From positions 1,830,001 to 1,862,000 of the forward strand of contig NC_007614.1 of assembly GCF_000196355.1 (NCBI RefSeq): a DNA stretch of 32,000 nt, written 5' to 3'. The notes below the pieces were generated by a model. That model had not been told where the DNA came from. It ran no database searches and was given only the letters and a program-made list of their open reading frames with translations. This document shows, piece by piece, positions 25,513 through 32,000 of the stretch. The position numbers and the translations under genes were made by a program. Numbering within the stretch: position 1 is the first letter of the stretch; every line of letters starts with the position of its first letter. This DNA comes from Nitrosospira multiformis ATCC 25196 (lineage in GTDB: Bacteria > Pseudomonadota > Gammaproteobacteria > Burkholderiales > Nitrosomonadaceae).

Positions 25513-26328
25513 ATGAATGAACAATCGTTCCCCTTGCAGGACAGGATAGTGGACGAGCGTCGCACGCTTCTGCAACAGCTGCAGGAGTGGCTGGAGATAC
25601 CCATGCTGGTGCTCGCTTTCATATGGCTTGCATTGATAGTGGTGGAGATTGTCTGGGGACTCAACCCTCTGGTTGAATCCGTGGGCTACATCATCTGGGT
25701 AATTTTTATTCTCGATTTTATTTTGGAGTTTTGGCTGGCGCCGGAAAAACTGGACTATCTTAAAAAGAACTGGCTCAGCGGCATCGCCCTTATAGCGCCT
25801 GCGTTACGCGCCCTCCGGCTCGTTCGCGTGGTGCGGCTTGCGCGCCTCGGCAGGATCGCGGGAATGTCGCGGGGTCTGAGGTTGCTGCGGGTGTTGAGCA
25901 GCGTCAACCGGGGCATGCGTGCCCTGGGCGCCACGATGCGCAGGCGAGGCTTTGGTTACGTCCTCTTGCTGACACTGATCGTTACCTTCGCCGGAGCAGC
26001 AGGAATGTATGGTTTCGAGAATAACCCGAACAATAATCCGGAGGGTGGCCTGCATAGCTATGGCGCCGCTGTGTGGTGGACAGCCATGATCATGACTACG
26101 ATGGGCTCGGAGTATTGGCCGCAGACCGCGGAAGGACGGGTGTTATGCTTTTTTCTTGCGCTGTACAGCTTTGCCATGTTCGGTTATGTCACCGCAACAT
26201 TGGCTACTTTTTTCGTGGGACGGGATGCCGAAAATCCCGATACGGAGATTGCTGGAGCTGAATCCATCTCTGGGCTTCGGGCGGAGATCGCGGCGCTGCG
26301 TGAAGAAATTCAGGGATTGCGTAAATGA
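25513..26328 (+). CDS. Voltage-sensor-containing cation channel (ion transport protein family) with a non-canonical selectivity filter
   Basis: 271 aa. S4-like helix LRALRLVRVVRLARLGRIAGMSRGLRLLRVL with Arg at every third position (nt 25801-25899). Pore helix and filter read AAVWWTAMIMTTMGSEYWP (filter codons 26095-26115), where K+ channels have TTVGYGD. An inner helix and a short coiled-coil tail follow. Confidence 0.85.
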   Translation: MNEQSFPLQDRIVDERRTLLQQLQEWLEIPMLVLAFIWLALIVVEIVWGLNPLVESVGYIIWVIFILDFILEFWLAPEKLDYLKKNWLSGIALIAPALRALRLVRVVRLARLGRIAGMSRGLRLLRVLSSVNRGMRALGATMRRRGFGYVLLLTLIVTFAGAAGMYGFENNPNNNPEGGLHSYGAAVWWTAMIMTTMGSEYWPQTAEGRVLCFFLALYSFAMFGYVTATLATFFVGRDAENPDTEIAGAESISGLRAEIAALREEIQGLRK

Positions 26329-26415
26329 TGGACTGGTTTTCTCGTCATAATATGTTTAGTGTTAAGCTTATTCCTGTTTCCGCCAATCCGTGGCCAACCA
26401 TTGCGGGAGAAGATC

Positions 26416-26805
26416 ATGCAATATTATTTAATATTCGCCCTAGCCCTCGCCATTATTTCCATAGCATTCGCTCTGCAAAACGACACGATGGTGACGGTCG
26501 CGTTTGGCATATGGAGCTTCGACAGTTCGCTCGCCATGATGCTGGTCATTGCGGCAGGCATAGGAGCAACCATTTCTGTCTTGTTGTCATGGCCCAGCCT
26601 AATCAAAAATCAATGGGTGAGTGCCCGTCTGCGCAGGCAGGTGAGCAAACTGGAGGAAGACAAGGCTGCCCTGGAGCAGCGAACTACGCAACTGGAAGAA
26701 GAACTGGCAAAACTCACTCCCGAGCCTATCCCCGAGCCGCCCCCACGCTATCTCGGACTGAAATCGATGCTCCTCGGAAGCGACAAGCCAAACACAAGCG
26801 AATAA
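26416..26805 (+). CDS. LapA-like inner-membrane protein (DUF1049 family) with a coiled-coil tail
   Basis: ATG 26416 is preceded by GGGAGA. Two TM helices (MQYYLIFALALAIISIAFALQ..., ...LAMMLVIAAGIGATISVLLSW) are followed by RLRRQVSKLEEDKAALEQRTTQLEEELAKL. Confidence 0.7.
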   Translation: MQYYLIFALALAIISIAFALQNDTMVTVAFGIWSFDSSLAMMLVIAAGIGATISVLLSWPSLIKNQWVSARLRRQVSKLEEDKAALEQRTTQLEEELAKLTPEPIPEPPPRYLGLKSMLLGSDKPNTSE

Positions 26806-26880
26806 TGTAAGCCTGGGGACCGAGCCTGATTTCATCGCTTCCAGCCATGGCCATACAACGTCTATTTCTAATGCACTCCC

Positions 26881-28128
26881 ATGTCCGACGCTGATTCACC
26901 CATGGAAGCCGAGCCGCCATTCGTGCAGCCGACCTTGAAAGCAAAGAAAGGAAGAGGAGCGGTATCCAATCTCCAGGGGCGGTACGAGCAATGGACGCGT
27001 CAAACCATCGATGATGGCTGGGGAAATGACGGTCTCATCGGAACCGCCGACAGAGACAAGACAGAAGATGACGAGCCGGACACAAGCTCGACATGGAAGA
27101 CCCAGATCATCGAGGAACATGCCAAAACCATACTAAGCCGCAATCAGTCGCCGGATGTGCCGTTCAGTATTTCGCTCAATCCTTATCGCGGATGCGAACA
27201 TGGTTGCATCTACTGTTTCGCGCGTCCCACTCACAGTTACCTGGGTTTGTCGCCCGGGCTGGATTTCGAAAGCAAAATATTCGCCAAGATCAATGCACCG
27301 GAGCTTTTGAGACGGGAGCTGGCAAAACAATCATATGTGCCGGAACCCATCGCGCTCGGCGTCAATACGGACGCATATCAGCCCTGCGAGCGCGACTTGC
27401 GGTTGACACGGCGCGTGCTGGAAGTGCTACGTGAGTGCGAACATCCGGTTGCCTTGATTTCCAAGTCATCGCTGATGGAACGCGACATGGATTTGCTCTC
27501 CGATATGGCTTCAAGACGATTGGCTGTGGCCGCGGTGACAATCACCACTCTCGATCCCGCGGTTGCGCGCACGCTCGAACCGCGGGCAACCGCTCCGGCA
27601 CGCCGTCTACGGACGATTCGCACGCTGACGGATGCCGGAATTCCGGTCGGCGTCAGCGTTGCACCGGTGATTCCGTTTGTCACCGAGCCCGATCTGGAGC
27701 GAGTACTGACGGCAGCAGCAGAAGCCGGAGCAATCAATGCAGGCTATGTCATGTTGCGCCTGCCGTGGGAGATCAGCCCCCTGTTCAGGCAGTGGCTGGA
27801 AGCACATTTTCCTGATCGCGCTGCCCGGGTCATGAACCGGGTGCGCGACATCAGGGGTGGCAAGGATTACGATTCGAGCTTCGGCAGGCGCATGCGCGGC
27901 GAGGGCATCTGGGCCGACCTGATTCGGCAGCGATTCGACAAAACGGTGAAACGCCTTGGGCTCAGTGCGCATTCGCACCGATTCACAGGACTGGACAGCT
28001 CGCGTTTCCGTGCGCCTTCTGTCAATCCAGTAGCTCTCCAATCACCCATGAGCGAAAAATCGAAGGGAAAGGATTGGAAAGCAAAAACCGGAGAGCAAAA
28101 ACCAAACGACCAGCTTGAGCTTTTTTGA
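26881..28128 (+). CDS. PA0069-family radical SAM protein
   Basis: 415 aa. Contains KGRGAVSNLQGRYE and NPYRGCEHGCIYCFARPTH (the CxxxCxxC radical SAM cluster motif). The start could alternatively be the ATG at 26902. Confidence 0.9.
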   Translation: MSDADSPMEAEPPFVQPTLKAKKGRGAVSNLQGRYEQWTRQTIDDGWGNDGLIGTADRDKTEDDEPDTSSTWKTQIIEEHAKTILSRNQSPDVPFSISLNPYRGCEHGCIYCFARPTHSYLGLSPGLDFESKIFAKINAPELLRRELAKQSYVPEPIALGVNTDAYQPCERDLRLTRRVLEVLRECEHPVALISKSSLMERDMDLLSDMASRRLAVAAVTITTLDPAVARTLEPRATAPARRLRTIRTLTDAGIPVGVSVAPVIPFVTEPDLERVLTAAAEAGAINAGYVMLRLPWEISPLFRQWLEAHFPDRAARVMNRVRDIRGGKDYDSSFGRRMRGEGIWADLIRQRFDKTVKRLGLSAHSHRFTGLDSSRFRAPSVNPVALQSPMSEKSKGKDWKAKTGEQKPNDQLELF

Positions 28129-28295
28129 TGGAATGTTTTCCAGATTAGCAGGAGCAGGCCTCGGCAGGTTCATGGCGCGGGCACATCAGCTATGCCTGAC
28201 GATCCGTTTATCGTTCGGCAGAACTGACTTGCTTCCCGAATCCGGTTTATTTCCTTTTTGTTTCGCCGTAGCCACGGTTGCCTTGAATCAGGGCC

Positions 28296-29000
28296 CTACA
28301 CTTCTGCCGGATCGAGCCGCATCCACAGGCATTTACCCTTGCTTTCCTTTTCGATCATTTCCAGTTGACGGGCGTGCGCTTCCAGTTCTTCGGCACTGGC
28401 AGGCAGGACGACCAGTTGCAAATCATGCAGGCTGATATCGAGATCAAGCGGAGATGGTGCTTCGAGTTCCATGAGCAGGCTCTCCTGCCCGCGCGTCATG
28501 GCAAGATAAACTTCCGCGAGCAGTTCCGCATCCAGCAGCGCACCGTGCAGCGCGCGCCGTGAGTTATCCACCTCGTACCGCTCACACAACGCATCCAGGC
28601 TGTTCCTTTTACCGGGAAACAGCTCTTTCGCCATTTTCAGGGTATCGGTCACCGAGTGGCAGCATTCGCAGAGAGCCGGCAAGTTGGCAAGCCCCAGCTC
28701 ATGGTCAAGGAATGCGACGTCGAACGCTGCATTGTGCATGATCAGCTCGGCGCCATCGATGAACTCGAGCAACTCATGCACCACGTCAGCGAATTTTCGC
28801 TTGTCCAGAAGAAATTCGCTGGTTATCCCATGCACCTGCAAGGCGCCCTCCTCGATCTCGCGTTCCGGGTTGAGATAATGATGGAAGCGGCGACCTGTCA
28901 ATCGCCGGCTCATCATCTCCACCGCCCCGATTTCGATAATTCGATGACCCAGTTTAGGCTCGAGTCCCGTCGTTTCCGTATCTATGAAAATCTGACGCAT
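28296..29000 (-). CDS. dnaQ: DNA polymerase III epsilon subunit (3'-5' proofreading exonuclease)
   Basis: ATG 29000 gives MRQIFIDTETTGLEP...RIIEIGAVEM (ExoI), HNAAFDVAFL (ExoII) and HGALLDAELLAEVYL (ExoIII). Confidence 0.95.
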   Translation of the reverse strand: MRQIFIDTETTGLEPKLGHRIIEIGAVEMMSRRLTGRRFHHYLNPEREIEEGALQVHGITSEFLLDKRKFADVVHELLEFIDGAELIMHNAAFDVAFLDHELGLANLPALCECCHSVTDTLKMAKELFPGKRNSLDALCERYEVDNSRRALHGALLDAELLAEVYLAMTRGQESLLMELEAPSPLDLDISLHDLQLVVLPASAEELEAHARQLEMIEKESKGKCLWMRLDPAEV

Positions 29001-29120
29001 CAACCAGCCCTTCTCTTGTATTGCGGATAATTACTCCGGTTTAACTCTTCCCTCTTTGTCTTACAGAAAATCACTCCCGGTTGAATGACTTTCAGAAGAT
29101 TGATGGGGATGGCTACCCGT

Positions 29121-29588
29121 CTAATTTGCGGAAACACCCCGCAGAGCCGTCTGCACGCCCCGGTTGGCCAGCATATCGGCATATTCGTTGCCATCATGGC
29201 CCGAATGCCCCCGCACCCATAACCATTCTATTTTGTGGCGCTGCGTCAGCAGATCGAGTTCTCTCCACAAATCATCATTTTTTACCGGCTTTTTGTCGGC
29301 GGTACGCCAATCGCGCTTTTTCCAGGCGTGTATCCACTCGCTGATACCCTTCTGTACATACAATGAGTCGGTGTGCAAGCGTACTTCACATGGCTTGGTC
29401 AGCGCTTCCAGCGCTCGGATGACAGCGAGCAACTCCATACGATTATTGGTGGTCATTTTCTCTCCACCGAATAATTCGCGTCTATGCCCGTTGTATTGCA
29501 GCAAGGCGCCCCACCCGCCCACCCCCGGATTCCCTTTGCAGGCTCCATCGGTAAATATTTCGACTACCTCGGCAAGTTTCGCTTTCAC
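29121..29588 (-). CDS. rnhA: Ribonuclease HI
   Basis: 155 aa: [22 protein letters not shown]...[18 protein letters not shown]...[10 protein letters not shown]...W...[17 protein letters not shown]. The GTG start overlaps the upstream methyltransferase stop (GTGA at 29585-29588). Confidence 0.95.
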   Translation of the reverse strand: MKAKLAEVVEIFTDGACKGNPGVGGWGALLQYNGHRRELFGGEKMTTNNRMELLAVIRALEALTKPCEVRLHTDSLYVQKGISEWIHAWKKRDWRTADKKPVKNDDLWRELDLLTQRHKIEWLWVRGHSGHDGNEYADMLANRGVQTALRGVSAN

Positions 29589-30364
29589 TTCTCGCCTTGC
29601 GGTAAAGTTCCAATGCGTGCAGCCTTGGGCGGCTCATTCGTGGCGGCTGTGCCTTTGATCTTGCGTGCAATCGGCGACATTGCTCTTTTCCTCGCCCGCA
29701 CTTCTTTCCATTCAGGCTTGATAACGCGCATGCCATGAACACGCTTGACTGCGGTGAGGAAATAGACACCCCCGGAGAAGCGCCCCAAGCGCTCTCCTGC
29801 CTCTTCCATGAAATGAAAACGCGTCAGCCATTTCTCCTGACTGAATGGGGGTGCGTAGCAGCATTGGCGGTCTTCCGTGATTTCAAAATCCAATAATGTC
29901 AGCCAGTCCTTGAGCCGCGGCAACGCGATAAAATTGCCCCGCCACGGAAAACCCCCCTCCCGCGGCGAGCCGAACAAGCCTCTTATGCCCCAGAGGCTGC
30001 GTGGATTGAAACCGGAAACAATAAGATTACCTTCCGGCATCAATACCCGCTGCACCTCACGGAGTATCTGATGAGGATTGGAACTGAATTCGAGCATATG
30101 GGGCATAAGCACGAGGTCGGTGCTATTCGTCTCGATCGGCAGAAAGTCAGGAGCGGCAAGAACGTCGGCTCCTTTTTCAGGGGCCGCACAAAACTTGAGT
30201 GGCATACGGTTCGTGCGCAGGAAATCGTATTGCGGAAACCCGACCTGCACCGCGTTGTAACCGAACACGTTTGCCACCGCCTTATCGAAATATTTCTGCT
30301 CCCGTTCCAGCAGATACTGGCCCAGGCAAGTTTCAAACCACTCGACTATACTTTTGGTTTGCAT
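29585..30364 (-). CDS. Class I SAM-dependent methyltransferase-like protein (conserved rnhA neighbour)
   Basis: The first ATG is at 30364 ([30 protein letters not shown]...); the ORF-track start at 30376 is TTG. Contains ...[39 protein letters not shown]. It lies divergent to gloB, as is common in beta/gammaproteobacteria. Confidence 0.8.
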   Translation of the reverse strand: MQTKSIVEWFETCLGQYLLEREQKYFDKAVANVFGYNAVQVGFPQYDFLRTNRMPLKFCAAPEKGADVLAAPDFLPIETNSTDLVLMPHMLEFSSNPHQILREVQRVLMPEGNLIVSGFNPRSLWGIRGLFGSPREGGFPWRGNFIALPRLKDWLTLLDFEITEDRQCCYAPPFSQEKWLTRFHFMEEAGERLGRFSGGVYFLTAVKRVHGMRVIKPEWKEVRARKRAMSPIARKIKGTAATNEPPKAARIGTLPQGEK

Positions 30365-30526
30365 ATTTAACGTCAACTGGCGTTCAACCAGGAGTGCTAT
30401 GACTCGATCATGTAAAATCGCTCAGCTCATGAATCAGCAGAAATATCCATCTGCCTGACCTGTTGCTCACCCTTCGGCACCTCCGCCGGCTGCTAGCCGC
30501 CTCAAAACACCTGAATAGCGCCTATC

Positions 30527-31321
30527 ATGACTACTACTCCCAATATCGTTCCGATTCACGCTTTCAAGGACAATTACATCTGGCTCATCCGCGATCATTA
30601 TCATGCTGCCGTTATAGATCCTGGCGATGCGTCCCCTGTCCTGGATTATCTGAGCCGCGAAAAGCTGAAGCTCATCGCCATTCTCAATACTCATCACCAT
30701 CCCGATCACGTCGGCGGAAATGCTGAACTGTTGCGGGAATTTGCCGTACCCGTCTTTGGGCCGGCGAAAGAATCGATTCCGACGCTCACCCATCGTCTCA
30801 AGGAATGCAGTGATATAGAAAACGAAGAAGGCTGTGTATATCTTCCGGAATTCTCACTCAGCTTCCGCGTGCTCGATATCCCTGGTCACACCTCCGGCCA
30901 CATCGCCTATTATGGCGCAAACATGCTCTTTTGTGGTGACACCCTGTTTGGCTGCGGGTGCGGACGATTGTTCGAAGGTACAGCGCAGCAAATGGTCGAC
31001 TCCCTGAAAAAACTGGCGGATTTGCCCAAGGATACGCTGATCTATTGCGGCCATGAATACACGCTCAGCAATATCCGCTTCGCAAGGACAGTCGAACCTG
31101 GCAATCAAGCATTGGCGAAGCGCGAAGTGGAAGCCGAAAAATTGCGTAACGAAGGCCTGCCCACCCTGCCCTCCACCATTGCGCTGGAAAAAGCGACCAA
31201 TCCGTTCCTGCGCTGTACTGAAGCGGAAGTCATCGAAAGCGCCAGCAACCATGCGGGGAAACCGTTAAACGACCGTGTCAGCGTATTTGCCGCCATCCGG
31301 GAATGGAAAAATCACTTTTGA
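30527..31321 (+). CDS. gloB: Hydroxyacylglutathione hydrolase (glyoxalase II)
   Basis: 264 aa: IHAFKDNYIWLIRD..., the metallo-beta-lactamase motif LNTHHHPDHVGGN, GHTSGHIAYY, and CGHEYTLSNIRFA. Confidence 0.95.
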   Translation: MTTTPNIVPIHAFKDNYIWLIRDHYHAAVIDPGDASPVLDYLSREKLKLIAILNTHHHPDHVGGNAELLREFAVPVFGPAKESIPTLTHRLKECSDIENEEGCVYLPEFSLSFRVLDIPGHTSGHIAYYGANMLFCGDTLFGCGCGRLFEGTAQQMVDSLKKLADLPKDTLIYCGHEYTLSNIRFARTVEPGNQALAKREVEAEKLRNEGLPTLPSTIALEKATNPFLRCTEAEVIESASNHAGKPLNDRVSVFAAIREWKNHF

Positions 31322-31410
31322 CATTATCTTTTTCTATACGTCGGTTCTCCAACAGCTTGTGCCGAAAATAAATTTGAATGGTGAAGCAATTGCGTTGTCC
31401 TAATTTTGTG

Positions 31411-31436
31411 CTTTACTTGGGGTCTTTACTTGGGGT
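31411..31436. repeat. Perfect tandem duplication of a 13-mer
   Basis: CTTTACTTGGGGT occurs at 31411-31423 and again at 31424-31436, 135 nt upstream of the transaldolase ATG. Confidence 0.9.
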
Positions 31437-31571
31437 ACTCGCTACAACCCCTGCACGCACGCAAAAAATAGCAGGATTAGCGCTCCAGTCATGGAATACT
31501 GATTTCCGAATCCATGACGTCATCCACTCCGCCGCTCACTGTAGCGGCGCTACGCTTTCGGAGGACAATAC

Positions 31572-32000
31572 ATGAACCCATTGGAACAGCTATTGCAATG
31601 CGGACAAGCCGTCTGGCTGGATTCGATCAGTCGCGACCTCATCAAGAGCGGGCAACTGCAGCGCCTGGTAACCGGAGACAAGCTGCATGGCCTGACAAGC
31701 AATCCCACTATTTTCGAGCAGGCGATCGGGCACAGCGATGCTTACGACAACGCGCTGCGCCAGCTATTGCGAACCAATGAAAAACAAACCGAAAAGGCCC
31801 TGTTCGATGCGCTGGCTATCGAGGATATTCGCATGGCCGCAGATGTGTTGCGGTCCGTATATGATGAAACCCATGGTGGGGACGGGTACGTCAGCCTGGA
31901 GGTATCACCCCACCTGGCACGCGATACCGGAGGCAGTATCGCAGAAGCCAAGCGCTTATGGCAAGCCGTGGAGCGGCCCAATCTCATGATTAAAATCCCC
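31572..32000 (+). CDS. tal: Transaldolase, 5' portion (runs off the right edge)
   Basis: ATG 31572 is preceded by GGAGGA. Product is MNPLEQLLQCGQAVWLDSISRDLIKSGQLQRLVTGDKLHGLTSNPTIFEQAIGHSDAYD...GYVSLEVSPHLARDT...PNLMIKIP. The frame is open through position 32000. Confidence 0.9.
   Translation, partial: MNPLEQLLQCGQAVWLDSISRDLIKSGQLQRLVTGDKLHGLTSNPTIFEQAIGHSDAYDNALRQLLRTNEKQTEKALFDALAIEDIRMAADVLRSVYDETHGGDGYVSLEVSPHLARDTGGSIAEAKRLWQAVERPNLMIKIP

Overview
This 32-kb window looks like a chromosomal segment of a betaproteobacterial ammonia oxidiser (Nitrosomonadaceae; the genus is only a guess). The assignment rests on an unmistakable nitrosocyanin gene (ncyA, 4649-5062). I support about 30 protein genes, 3 tRNAs, several rho-independent terminators and a few sigma70-like promoters.

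Housekeeping genes:
- gltX, followed by a separately promoted tRNA-Ala(GGC)-tRNA-Glu(UUC) pair
- tRNA-Val(CAC)
- dnaQ, rnhA and a methyltransferase, with gloB divergent from them
- the 5' end of a transaldolase gene
- an ABC1/UbiB-family kinase
- a PA0069-type radical SAM protein

Envelope, signalling and redox genes:
- a 4-gene MlaE/MlaF/MCE/PqiC-like transporter
- a PAS-PAS-GGDEF-EAL protein divergent from a YcgR-like PilZ protein
- a Tat-exported multicopper oxidase with a downstream cytochrome c fusion protein
- a voltage-sensor channel with a non-canonical pore
- a rifampicin-phosphotransferase-like PEP-utilising enzyme
- a solitary McrA-like HNH nuclease

I found no transposase, integrase, CRISPR array or recognisable multi-gene defence island.

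Most unusual items:
1. A secreted protein made of two tandem six-cysteine repeats with a His-rich N-terminus. It is convergent with ncyA and shares a bidirectional terminator with it.
2. A 1.2-kb gene-free AT-rich spacer (12487-13678) carrying a tight trio of DnaA-box 9-mers, a fourth box, an AT-rich tract and a tRNA/tmRNA 3'-end-like fragment. It may be oriC-, DARS- or datA-like.
3. The multicopper oxidase plus cytochrome c operon in an ammonia-oxidiser context.
4. A tRNA-Glu-proximal stretch (5.1-8.0 kb) of small orphan ORFs, a probable frameshifted ribbon-helix-helix gene remnant and a GGA-dense non-coding tract.

All functional calls come from motif recognition by eye. No database search was run.
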